A stretch of 64,000 nt of DNA. It comes from Rhizomicrobium sp. GTDB taxonomy: Bacteria > Pseudomonadota > Alphaproteobacteria > Micropepsales > Micropepsaceae. Position 1 is the stretch's first letter, and the number at the start of each line of letters is the position of its first letter. Below, piece by piece: positions 46,573 through 55,935 of the stretch. A program made the translations under genes and the position numbers. The notes under the pieces were generated by a model that was not told the origin of the DNA, did no database searches, and saw only the letters and a list, made by a program, of their open reading frames with translations. The stretch lies in contig JBEKLN010000013.1 in assembly GCA_050010175.1 (NCBI GenBank), positions 6,974 through 70,973 on the forward strand, given 5' to 3'.

Positions 46573-47620
46573 GAGCGTTTCAGGTTTGGGTAGAAGCATA
46601 GCCTGCGTTTGCGATGTAGTTTGCGCATTCGTCTGGCGTGATGGTGTCGACGAGGTGGCCGATGTGTCGCCAAGTTTCGATGATGGAGCGTTTTTGTGCG
46701 ATGCGCATCCAGTGCTTGATCTTGGCGAAGGCCTGCTCGATGGGGTTGAGGTCTGGTGAGTAAGGCGGCAGGAAATGGAGCTTTGCGCCGGCAGCTTTTA
46801 TGGCGCTGCGCACGGCCTTGCTCTTGTGGCTTCCGAGATTGTCCATGATGACGATGTCGCCAGGCCTCAATGCCGGCACGAGCTGTTGCTCGACCCAGGC
46901 GCGGAAGGATTGGCCGTTGATCGGCCCATCGAAAACGCACGGTGCAGTGAGCCGATCGAGCCTGAGAGCGCCGAGGAAGGTCAGCGTGCGCCAATGACCG
47001 TAGGGAGCAAAGCCGCGCAGCCGCTTGTTCTTCGGACCCCAGCCACGCAGGGGCGCCATGTTGGTCTTGATCCAGGTCTCATCGATGAAGACGAGCCTGG
47101 CAGGATCGAGATTACCTTGCCGGGCTCTCCATCGCTGACGTCGGCGCGCAACATCGGCACGCGCCTGCTCAAGGGCGAACAGTGTTTTTTTTAAACCGCA
47201 ACCCTTGGCGCCGCAGGAAGACCCAAACCGTATCATGCGAGACCTTCACACCACGCGCCGCCAGTTCCGCCTTCAGTCCGTGCAGCGTCACATGAGGGTT
47301 CTGCTCCAGCCGCTCCACGATGAAGGCCCGATGCGGTTCCAAAACCGGCTTGCGATGACCGCCGATCTTGCCCGGCGCCACAGAGCCAGTACGGCGTCGC
47401 CGCTGCGTCCACTTCACAACCGACGACACCGCGACTTCAAACCGGGCCGCTACAGACCGGCAACTCTCTCCGCTATCCACCGCTGCAACAACACGCTCCC
47501 GAAGATCATTTGAAAGGGCTCGTCCCATCCTTGGCCAGCCTCCATAACAGCCAGCTTCTTGAATCAGACTCGTGACCCGCCGGGAATCCCTAATCGATTC
47601 CCCCTAACCCGGAATTGCTC
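46573..47620 (-). mobile_element. IS630-family insertion sequence, 1048 bp
   Basis: TA duplication at 46571-72 and 47621-22; imperfect TIRs (TA)GAGCgtTTCaGGtTTgGG and (TA)GAGCaaTTCcGGgTTaGG. Confidence 0.93.
46580..47528 (-). CDS. IS630 transposase in two frames (ORF A 47528-47169; ORF B to 46580), joined at TTTAAAAAAAAC
   Basis: [17 protein letters not shown]; DDE motifs [23 protein letters not shown]; ORF B is +1 relative to ORF A. Confidence 0.9.
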
Positions 47621-48075
47621 TAGTGTTTTGACCGTGAATTGCTTTGCAAGGATCCGCGAGATTTCATCGACCGCTTGAGCGTCGAGATTCCAATCCGTGT
47701 GTAGCGTATAATCGGAGTCAAGAATGCTTGATAGGCCATAGGTCTGCATATCGACGTCGTTTCCTAACGCCGAGATCACCGCGATCGTGTGAATGTTCGC
47801 GTATTCGTGCACGTCGGCTGCGAGTGCAGGCGCGATTTGTGACACGAGAACACAAATTGCGGCGAGTGCTGCTGTCCTGCTCGAACGATTCATCAAGATG
47901 CCCCCCCTCGAACGCAACCGGATGTCGACTGCATTGCCGATAGCACAAAAAAGGACTCTGCGTACACCAGCCACGCCGTCTTTCACGGAACGAATACGAT
48001 AAGAGCGGAGGTTTTGCTTCCGTCGCACTGCATTGTCCGGCGAATTCCCGACTGCACGACAGTGACCAAACGTCC

Positions 48076-48489
48076 CTATTGCATCCCCGCCGGACAATGA
48101 AGCGCGTGTTGTTCGATCAGGAGGTCATCGATTTTCTTCTGCCGTTCATCGAGTTCCGCCTTGCGCGTTTTTTCCTGATCGATCGCGAGCAGCGCCGGCG
48201 GAAAAAGCACGTCGGCGAGATACCCCTCCACCTGATCCTTCTGGCGATGACCGGTAATCACATCCTCGATGGTTGCCATCTCACGCCGTAAATCGGCAAC
48301 CTGAATGACCAAAACCGAGCAACGTTGCAGCCGATCCTGTTCGCTCATCGCCGGCTGAATCGCCGGCGCATTGAAGGTATCCGCGGCAGGCAGCGGCGGC
48401 GCCTCGCGGGCGCAGGCGGCGACGGCGAGCACCATTCCGAGCAACAGCCTAGTTGAACTTGACCGCACGACCCTGGCCGTCGAGTTCAC
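48076..48489 (-). CDS. Putative lipoprotein (start uncertain)
   Basis: LLLGMVLAVAAC lipobox-like sequence; helical body. Confidence 0.6.
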   Translation of the reverse strand: MNSTARVVRSSSTRLLLGMVLAVAACAREAPPLPAADTFNAPAIQPAMSEQDRLQRCSVLVIQVADLRREMATIEDVITGHRQKDQVEGYLADVLFPPALLAIDQEKTRKAELDERQKKIDDLLIEQHALHCPAGMQ

Positions 48490-48841
48490 CCCAGCTCATG
48501 AATCCCACGCCCACCGTTCCGTAGCGCACGAGAACGACCGCGTCCGCGCCAAGCTTTGCGGCCTTTTCCCGCAGCGCCGCATTGATATCGTCGTGCGTCG
48601 GATCCTTGTTGAAGATGGTCGTCTTGTTGACGGTCACCTTGATGTCGCCGAGCACCGTGTACGGTCGGTTGTTGATGTCGTTTTCGGTCACGACGATTGA
48701 GTCGGCCGATGTCGGCGCCGCCTGGCTTTGTGCAGAACCGCCTGTCGATGCAGGCGTGACATGGCCGGTGGACCAGGTGGCACACGCCGCAAGCGTTGAG
48801 ACGGCGACACACGCGGCAAAGATTTTGAGAAACTTGGTCAT
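48449..48841 (-). CDS. Lipoprotein with a YbjQ/heavy-metal-binding-like domain
   Basis: STLAAC lipobox; PYTVLGDI...ALREKAAKLGADAVV...GRAVK. Confidence 0.75.
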   Translation of the reverse strand: MTKFLKIFAACVAVSTLAACATWSTGHVTPASTGGSAQSQAAPTSADSIVVTENDINNRPYTVLGDIKVTVNKTTIFNKDPTHDDINAALREKAAKLGADAVVLVRYGTVGVGFMSWGELDGQGRAVKFN

Positions 48842-48944
48842 GTTATCCCCCCGACGAATTGTCTGTGAGTAGCGCAGGCCGGCCAGATATTCAACAACGA
48901 AGTCGCCGTACGGGTCGGCAGGATCAAAGGACTCAGCGTGACGA

Positions 48945-50141
48945 TCAGACAATGCACAGGCTTACCAACGACTTGATCTCCGCCGCCGAATACCCAAGCT
49001 CGCCCAGTATCTCCTCGTTGTGCTCGCCCAGAGTCGGCGGGCGCTTGCGAACACTGCCCGGAGTTTCGTGCAGCTTGACTGGCGTGGACGCGACCGTCGC
49101 CGCACCGATGCCCGGATAATCGATGGCGGAGAAGAAGTCGCTCGCGCGAACATGCGGGTCGTCCAGCGCTTCGCGCGTGGTGTAAACGGGGCCGGCCGGC
49201 ACCCGCGCCGCTTCGAACGCGGCGATCGCCTCGTCGCGGCTGCGGGTGGCGCACCATTCGGCGACGCCTTTACTGATGATCTCGCCGTGATCGCCCCTCA
49301 ATCTGTCATTGGCAAAGCGCGGATCGTCGATCCATTCGGGAACGCCGACCAGCTTTGCCACTTTGCGGAAGAGGGGATCGCCATTGACCGCGACGGTGAT
49401 CCAACCGTCCTTCGTGCGATAGATGTCCGACGGCGCGGCCGTCTGGCTTCGGTTGAGCGTCGGGGTGCGGCCGCGCGTGGCTACGGATTCCTCGATCAGC
49501 ATGGTGCTGAAAAAGGTCATGGCGGTGCGCAAAAGAGCGCCTTCGACGAGTTGGCCCCTGCCCGTCTGCTCGCGCGCCTTCAGCGCCGCCATGATGCCGA
49601 AGGCCATCAGCGACGCGGTTCCGAAATCGACATAGGGCGCAGCCGCCCTCAACGGCTGATCCTCTGCGCCGGAGAAATACGATGCGCCGCTCATGGCTTG
49701 GGCGATACCGTCGAAGCCGACACGATCCGCGTACGGACCATCGAGCCCGAAGGCCGACACCGCCGCCAGCACCGCGCGCGGGTTGGCGCTTGACACGGCG
49801 CCGTAATCCAGCCCCATACTTTTGAGTGTCTGGCCGGGCAGGTTTGCGACGACGACGTCGCTCCTTTCGACCAGACGACGGATGATCTCGCGGCCTTTCG
49901 GTCCGGAGGGATCGAGTGTCAGGCTGCGCTTGTTCCGGTTCATCTGCAGGAAGAGTGCGCCTTCGCGCGGATCGCCGTCCGACGTCTCTGCGAGCGAGAT
50001 GAGCGTGCGGTCCTCGCGGCCGTCGCGCTTTTCGATTCGGATGACGTCGGCACCAAGATCGCCCAGGAGCGCGGCGCAGAACGGTCCGGCGATGTAGCGG
50101 CCGAAGTCGGCCACACGCAGACCTTCAAGAGGTAGACTCAT
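48945..50141 (-). CDS. CaiB/BaiF family III CoA-transferase
   Basis: LEGLRVADF, IAGPFC, NRNKRSLTLD, PYVDFGT, PTLGEHN. Confidence 0.93.
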   Translation of the reverse strand: MSLPLEGLRVADFGRYIAGPFCAALLGDLGADVIRIEKRDGREDRTLISLAETSDGDPREGALFLQMNRNKRSLTLDPSGPKGREIIRRLVERSDVVVANLPGQTLKSMGLDYGAVSSANPRAVLAAVSAFGLDGPYADRVGFDGIAQAMSGASYFSGAEDQPLRAAAPYVDFGTASLMAFGIMAALKAREQTGRGQLVEGALLRTAMTFFSTMLIEESVATRGRTPTLNRSQTAAPSDIYRTKDGWITVAVNGDPLFRKVAKLVGVPEWIDDPRFANDRLRGDHGEIISKGVAEWCATRSRDEAIAAFEAARVPAGPVYTTREALDDPHVRASDFFSAIDYPGIGAATVASTPVKLHETPGSVRKRPPTLGEHNEEILGELGYSAAEIKSLVSLCIV

Positions 50142-50214
50142 GAATTATTCCCCAGGCTCCGGCAAGATTGCAGGACTCAAGGAGCGGGAATATACCGGGC
50201 GGACGGAGAACTCC

Positions 50215-51630
50215 ATGACGCCGCGGGACGCGTTCGCATCCCTGAACCGGATGACAGGGATCGCACCCCTGCGCGCCCCTGCGTTCGAAGGCGCGGATCC
50301 GCTTGCCCCGACGCCATTTCGCGTCGGCACCGCCGCCGCCGCCGCCGTCACGCTTGCAGCCTCGGCCGCCGCGGAAATCTGGCGCCTGCGCGGCGGTGTC
50401 CAGCAGGACATTGGGATCGATCTGAAGGCTGCCGCTGCGTCGCTGGCGTCTTTTGCCCTGCTCAATCTCAACGGCCAGCATGTGCCGCGGGCGGCCCAGG
50501 ACAGGCCCACCGTCGGGTTCTATCAGGGCGCCTGCGGGCGATGGATTCACTTGCAGGGCAGCTTTCCGCATCTGGAGCGACGCACGCTCGATCTACTCAA
50601 TGCCGCGAACACGCGCGAAGCCGTGGCAGAATCCGTCTCCAAATGGAGTGTGCTGGCGCTCGAGGATGCGCTGGCGTTCATGGAGCAATGCGGGGCAGTG
50701 GCGCGCACGGAAGAGGAATGGAAACAGACGCCGCAGGGCGCATCGCTCACCGGCGTTCCACCCATCGTGCTGAAGAAATTCGCCGATGCGCCGGTCTTGC
50801 GACTTCCCGACAGCGGCCAGCCGCTGGACGGCGTGCGCATCCTCGACCTGACCCGCGTGCTGGCCGGTCCGGTCGTCGCGCGCACATTGGCAAGCCACGG
50901 CGCCGAAGTGCTCGGCGTGCGCTCGGAGCGGTTGGCGAACGATCCGGTGTTCGATCTCGATACGGGTGCCGGCAAGCGTTCCGCGTTTCTCGAACTCACC
51001 AAGCCGAGTGAAGCAGAACTGTTACGGTCGCTGGCGCGCAACGCGCATGTGTTCGTTGATTCCTATCGTCCCGGCGCTCTGGCAGAACTCGGATTTACGC
51101 CGGCCGCACTTGCACATACCTCGCCGGGAATCGTTTATGTCTCGGTGTCGTGCTACGGCCATCAGGGTCCGTGGGCGGCCAGGCGCGGCTTCGAACAGAT
51201 GGCGCAGAGCGCCACCGGCCTTGCCTGGGAGCAGGGCATGTTCGAAGCCGAACGCGCCGGCCAGAAACGTGACGCGGTGCCCAGGCTGCTCCCCGTTGCC
51301 GCCTGCGACTACATCACGGGCTATCTCGCCGCGGCAGGCGCTGCTGCTGCGTTGCTCAGGCGGTTCCGCGAGGGCGGCAGCTGGCTGGTGCAGGTGTCGC
51401 TGTCGTCGACGGCCATGTGGCTGCAATCTCTGGGAAAGGTCGCGCCTGCCGCTGTCCCGAAAACATGGGACCCCATGACGGGGCTCGACGGACTCATGCA
51501 GTCATGCGAGACGACGCGGGGCATACTCGAGCATCTGGGGCCCATCGTGCACATGTCGCAGACGCCGCCGAAATGGCAGTGTGCGCCGCCCGAGCCCGGC
51601 GCGGATACGGCCCAATGGATTGGCCTGTGA
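50215..51630 (+). CDS. CaiB/BaiF family CoA-transferase (two-domain type)
   Basis: PLDGVRILDLTRVLAGP, RRGFEQ, ACDYITGY; GGAGA RBS. Confidence 0.88.
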   Translation: MTPRDAFASLNRMTGIAPLRAPAFEGADPLAPTPFRVGTAAAAAVTLAASAAAEIWRLRGGVQQDIGIDLKAAAASLASFALLNLNGQHVPRAAQDRPTVGFYQGACGRWIHLQGSFPHLERRTLDLLNAANTREAVAESVSKWSVLALEDALAFMEQCGAVARTEEEWKQTPQGASLTGVPPIVLKKFADAPVLRLPDSGQPLDGVRILDLTRVLAGPVVARTLASHGAEVLGVRSERLANDPVFDLDTGAGKRSAFLELTKPSEAELLRSLARNAHVFVDSYRPGALAELGFTPAALAHTSPGIVYVSVSCYGHQGPWAARRGFEQMAQSATGLAWEQGMFEAERAGQKRDAVPRLLPVAACDYITGYLAAAGAAAALLRRFREGGSWLVQVSLSSTAMWLQSLGKVAPAAVPKTWDPMTGLDGLMQSCETTRGILEHLGPIVHMSQTPPKWQCAPPEPGADTAQWIGL

Positions 51631-51637
51631 GGACGAA

Positions 51638-51982
51638 ATGACGCCGAAACAAAATCCGCTGAAACTCAATCCGCTGCAATTGCGCACACTCACAGTGCTG
51701 CAGGCTCTGGCGCGCGTTCCCGGCGCAGCGGGCGCCGATCCGCGCAGCGGCGATCTCATTCTTCAGCGTTTCCCGCAGGCGCATGGCGATCATTTCCATT
51801 TGGGCGATGCGGTCGTCGCATCGAAGGATGCGACCGGTCTCTACAACGAGAAGGTCTGGCACGCGCTGGAGCGCAAGGGTCTTGCGAAGGCGGACTGGCC
51901 CAGCCGCATTTCACTGACGCCGGAAGGCCAGCGTTACGAAACCGGCCTCGTGGACGAGATCCTGCACCGCGCGTCCCACTGA
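51638..51982 (+). CDS. Conserved hypothetical protein
   Basis: MTPKQNPLKLNPLQLRTL...HGDHFH...LERKGL; immediately follows the CoA-transferase gene. Confidence 0.75.
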   Translation: MTPKQNPLKLNPLQLRTLTVLQALARVPGAAGADPRSGDLILQRFPQAHGDHFHLGDAVVASKDATGLYNEKVWHALERKGLAKADWPSRISLTPEGQRYETGLVDEILHRASH

Positions 51983-51990
51983 AGCATCAG

Positions 51991-52590
51991 CTACTTCACC
52001 CGGTGCATCACCAGCAGCGGCTTGATGAAGAGCGCGCGTCCGGCCTTGCTTGCGAAAAACGCATCGAGTTCGGCGGGAGCCGCGGTCAGCATCACGTCTC
52101 CATTGTCGCCACGGCCGACGGTGCCGGCGATCTTTCCCGTCTTCACGGCTGCGCGCGTCGCATCTTCGTCGAGCAAATAGAGTACCAACGTGCCGTTCGG
52201 ATCGATGCGGTAGTAAAGAGGAAACGCATTCTGTGCATCGGGACCGTCCGCGGGATGACCATCGGCAAAGGTTGCGCGCGCGTTGATATATCGGTGGATG
52301 CCGAGCTTGGCTGTGGTGAGCGCGTAAGTCGCCCAGTCTCCGCTTTTGACCGGTACTGGCATGTCGATGAAAACCGCCGTCGCGTTTCCCTCGTCGCCGG
52401 GCAGGATGGAGATGAAGGCGACACGATCTGCATCTTCTGGGGCCGTGTCGGTGGGCTTGCCTTCCCACATGCCGTAGAGATCCGGATCCGCCTTGAAGCC
52501 CGCCGTCGAGCCGACCGGCGACGTGCTGGTAACCGGCAGACATCCGGCCAGCATTATGGCGGCCGCCAGAATGACAAATATCCGTCTCAA
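51991..52590 (-). CDS. Putative lipoprotein
   Basis: TTG start, RRIFVILAAAIMLAGC lipobox. Confidence 0.7.
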   Translation of the reverse strand: MRRIFVILAAAIMLAGCLPVTSTSPVGSTAGFKADPDLYGMWEGKPTDTAPEDADRVAFISILPGDEGNATAVFIDMPVPVKSGDWATYALTTAKLGIHRYINARATFADGHPADGPDAQNAFPLYYRIDPNGTLVLYLLDEDATRAAVKTGKIAGTVGRGDNGDVMLTAAPAELDAFFASKAGRALFIKPLLVMHRVK

Positions 52591-52737
52591 CGAAGCCCCC
52601 GATGCCGCCGATCCGCCGGGAAGTTTGAACGGCGAATAGGGCGGAACGGGGGCAGCCGATGGCCGCAATTCCGAATTGCGGGCGGCGTGCGGCTGGGCTA
52701 CCCATGAGTCCCGCCCTTCCAGCCAGGACAATTCCCC

Positions 52738-52911
52738 ATGACCGTCGAAGCGCCCGAGATCATCGAAGTGGACGACACGCGCGTCGCCTGCGACGGCGGT
52801 GGTGCGCTGGGGCATCCGCTGGTTTATCTCGAGATGGGCGACGAGACCTTCGTCGAATGCCCCTATTGCGACCGCAAATTCGTCCTGCGCGAAGGAGTAA
52901 CGCCGCATTGA
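52738..52911 (+). CDS. Zinc-finger (zf-CHCC) protein, 57 aa; not in the ORF track
   Basis: Translated by hand: VACDGGGALGHPLVYL...VECPYCDRKF. Confidence 0.88.
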   Translation: MTVEAPEIIEVDDTRVACDGGGALGHPLVYLEMGDETFVECPYCDRKFVLREGVTPH

Positions 52912-55844
52912 GCACATCCCCTGTCAAGAAGGGCGATCATCTCTATCTGGTTGACGGTTCGGGTTATCTTTTTCGCGCCTATCACGCGCTGCCGCCTCTG
53001 ACTCGCAAATCGGACGGTCTGCCCACCGGCGCCGTGTCCGGTTACTGCAACATGTTGTGGAAGCTATTGGAGGACATGCGTGACGGCGACAGGCCGACTC
53101 ACCTCGCCGTGATCTTCGATGCGGGCAAGACCACCTTTCGCAACGAAATCTACCCGCAATACAAAGCCAACCGCCCCGAGCCACCCGAAGATCTGATTCC
53201 ACAATTTCCGCTGGTGCGTGACGCCACGCGCGCCTTCAGCGTGGCGTGCATCGAAGAGCCGGGTTTCGAGGCCGACGACCTGATCGCAACCTACGCGCGG
53301 ATCGCACGCGAGGCGGGTGCGAAGGCAACCATCGTGTCCTCAGACAAGGATCTGATGCAGCTGATCGTCGACGGCACCGTCGAGTTGTTCGATCCGGTGA
53401 AAAACAGGCGCCTGGCGTCAGCCGATGTGATCGAAAAATTCGGCGTACCGCCGTCGAAGGTCGTGCAGGTCCAGGCGCTCGCGGGGGATTCTACCGATAA
53501 CGTGCCGGGCGTGCGCGGCATTGGGGTGAAGACGGCCGCCGAACTGATCACCCAGTACGGCGATGTCGAGACGTTGCTCGCTCACGCGGGTGAGATCAAG
53601 CAACCCAAGCGCCGCGAGACCCTGATCGAAAATGCCGCAAATGCGCGAGTTTCGCTCAAGCTTGTCACGCTCGACGATCATGTGAACCTTCCCACCGGCA
53701 TCGACGAATTCGCGGTCAGAGAACCCGAAGCGCCGAAGCTGATCGGCTTTCTGAAGGCGATGGAGTTCGCGAGCCTCACCAGGCGGGCTGCGTCGCACTT
53801 TGGCATCGACGACGTGGATGCGATTTCGGCCGCCACAGATCCCGTGAGGCGCGCGGCGCCGGGTTCCGATTTGAGGCCTGCTGCGCCTGCACAGATTCCT
53901 GCTGGCGAAGGCGCTGCCGCACCGGTTCCGGATTCGAAGAAGGCCGGCGCGCCGGGCGCCGTCATGGATCGGGCAGAACTCCTCAAGCCCATCGATCACT
54001 CGAAATACGAAACCGTCGTCACGCGCGATCGGCTAAAACACTGGATCGCCCGCGCACATGAGGTGGGCAGGGTCTGCGTCGACACGGAGACGACATCGCT
54101 CGATCCGATGCAGGCGGGTCTGTGCGGTGTTTCGCTGGCCGTGGCGCCGGGAGAGGCGTGCTACATCCCGTGCGGTCATCGCGCCGGCGACGGCCTCGAT
54201 CTGGCAGGCAACGGGAAAAGCGGCATCGTTCAACTGACCGAAGCCGATGTCGTGAAGCATCTTAAGCCGTTGCTGGAGGACGAGACCGTTCTCAAGATCG
54301 CGCAGAACATGAAATACGACTTTCTGATTCTGCTGCAGCGCGGAATCCGCGTCGCGCCGTTCGACGACACCATGCTCCTGTCCTATGTGCTCGGTGCCGC
54401 GCTGCACGGCCATGGCATGGATGAACTCTCCGAGCTTCATCTCGGGCACAAGCCGATCACGTTCGATGAAGTCACGGGTACGGGCAAGTCCCGCGTCAAG
54501 TTCGATTGCGTGCCGCTTCCGGAAGCCACACGCTACTCCGCCGAAGATGCCGATGTGACCTTTCGCCTGCACGCGCTTTTGAAGCCGAAGCTGATCGCCG
54601 AAGGCAAGGTCGCGGTTTACGAAACGCTCGAACGCCAGCTGGTGCCGGTACTGGCGGACATGGAGAGCGCAGGCATCGTCATCGATCCCGATCACTTGCG
54701 CAAACTCTCCAACGATTTCGCCACGCAGATGGCCAAGCTCGAAAAGGAGATCCACAAGCTGGCCGGGGGCAGCTTCAACATCGGTTCGCCGAAGCAGCTG
54801 GGCGATCTTCTGTTCGGACAGCTCAAAATTGCCGGCGGCAAAAAGACGAAAACCGGCGCGTGGTCGACCGATGCCGACGTGCTCGAAGATCTGGCGGCGC
54901 AAGGTCACGCCATCGCGAAACAGGTTCTTGAGTGGCGCCAGCTGCAGAAACTGCGGGGCACCTATACGGATGCGCTTCCGACATACATCAATCCGCAGAC
55001 GGGACGTGTTCACACATCGTATGCGATGGCCTCGACGTCGACCGGACGGCTTTCGTCGAACGATCCCAATCTGCAGAACATCCCCATCCGCACCGAGGAA
55101 GGCCGGCGCATCCGGGCCGGATTCATCGCGCCTGCCGGATCGAAGCTGATCAGCGCAGACTACAGCCAGATCGAGCTCCGGTTACTTGCGCATATCGCCG
55201 ACATCCCCGAACTGAAGAAGGCATTCGCCGAAGGGCTCGACATTCATGCCATGACGGCGTCGGAAATCTTCGGCGTGCCCGTGAAGGATATGCCCTCGGA
55301 AGTCCGCCGGCGCGCAAAGGCCATCAACTTCGGAATCGTGTATGGCATTTCGGGTTTCGGACTAGCCAACCAGCTCGGCATCGCGCGCGGCGAAGCCGAC
55401 GACTACATCAAGAAGTATTTCCAGCGCTTTCCCGGCATCCGCGACTATATGGAAAGCACCAAGGCATTCGCCCGCACGCACGGGTATGTCGAGACGCTGT
55501 TCGGGCGGCGCATTCACATCCGCGAAATCAACGCGTCGAACCCCGGCCATCGCGGCGGGGCGGAGCGCGCCGCCATCAACGCGCCCATCCAGGGTGCCGC
55601 GGCCGACATCATCCGCCGCGCCATGATCCGCGTGCCGCCTGCGCTTGCCGGGAAGAAGCTCAAGACACGGATGCTGCTGCAGGTGCATGACGAACTCGTA
55701 CTGGAATCGCCCGACAAGGAAACCGATGCCGCATCGAAAGTCGTCAGGTCCGTGATGGAGAAGGCGGCGCTCCCGGTCGTCGAGCTGTCCGTCCCTCTGG
55801 TTGTCGAGGCGCGCGCTGCGAGGAACTGGGACGAGGCCCACTAG
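52908..55844 (+). CDS. polA: DNA polymerase I
   Basis: LVDGSGYLFRAYHA, GDSTDNVPGV, DTETT, ADYSQIELR, AKAINFGIVYG, LQVHDEL; TTG start inferred. Confidence 0.97.
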   Translation: MSTSPVKKGDHLYLVDGSGYLFRAYHALPPLTRKSDGLPTGAVSGYCNMLWKLLEDMRDGDRPTHLAVIFDAGKTTFRNEIYPQYKANRPEPPEDLIPQFPLVRDATRAFSVACIEEPGFEADDLIATYARIAREAGAKATIVSSDKDLMQLIVDGTVELFDPVKNRRLASADVIEKFGVPPSKVVQVQALAGDSTDNVPGVRGIGVKTAAELITQYGDVETLLAHAGEIKQPKRRETLIENAANARVSLKLVTLDDHVNLPTGIDEFAVREPEAPKLIGFLKAMEFASLTRRAASHFGIDDVDAISAATDPVRRAAPGSDLRPAAPAQIPAGEGAAAPVPDSKKAGAPGAVMDRAELLKPIDHSKYETVVTRDRLKHWIARAHEVGRVCVDTETTSLDPMQAGLCGVSLAVAPGEACYIPCGHRAGDGLDLAGNGKSGIVQLTEADVVKHLKPLLEDETVLKIAQNMKYDFLILLQRGIRVAPFDDTMLLSYVLGAALHGHGMDELSELHLGHKPITFDEVTGTGKSRVKFDCVPLPEATRYSAEDADVTFRLHALLKPKLIAEGKVAVYETLERQLVPVLADMESAGIVIDPDHLRKLSNDFATQMAKLEKEIHKLAGGSFNIGSPKQLGDLLFGQLKIAGGKKTKTGAWSTDADVLEDLAAQGHAIAKQVLEWRQLQKLRGTYTDALPTYINPQTGRVHTSYAMASTSTGRLSSNDPNLQNIPIRTEEGRRIRAGFIAPAGSKLISADYSQIELRLLAHIADIPELKKAFAEGLDIHAMTASEIFGVPVKDMPSEVRRRAKAINFGIVYGISGFGLANQLGIARGEADDYIKKYFQRFPGIRDYMESTKAFARTHGYVETLFGRRIHIREINASNPGHRGGAERAAINAPIQGAAADIIRRAMIRVPPALAGKKLKTRMLLQVHDELVLESPDKETDAASKVVRSVMEKAALPVVELSVPLVVEARAARNWDEAH

Positions 55845-55865
55845 GGGCCCCCGCGCCGGTCAGCC

Positions 55866-55880
55866 TTAAGCGGCAGTTAA
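55866..55880. promoter_or_regulatory. Perfect CtrA box upstream of the PAS kinase
   Basis: TTAA-GCGGCAG-TTAA. Confidence 0.75.
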
Positions 55881-55935
55881 TGCGCAGGAGTTAGTCTTCC
55901 GCGATCGAGGCGCGTCAGCGCGAGGGAGCTCGACC

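Larger units (their letters stand above)
46031..47893 (-). pseudogene. Secreted hypothetical protein (~270 aa) interrupted by IS630
   Basis: 5' part 47893-47621 and 3' part 46570-46031 join in frame (KTL|ATDPQAF...RLMALPK) once the IS and one TA are removed. Confidence 0.85.

Noticed and set aside
50140-50214. Longer start for the plus-strand CoA-transferase
   Set aside because: Would overlap the divergent gene's start codon; ATG 50215 has a good RBS
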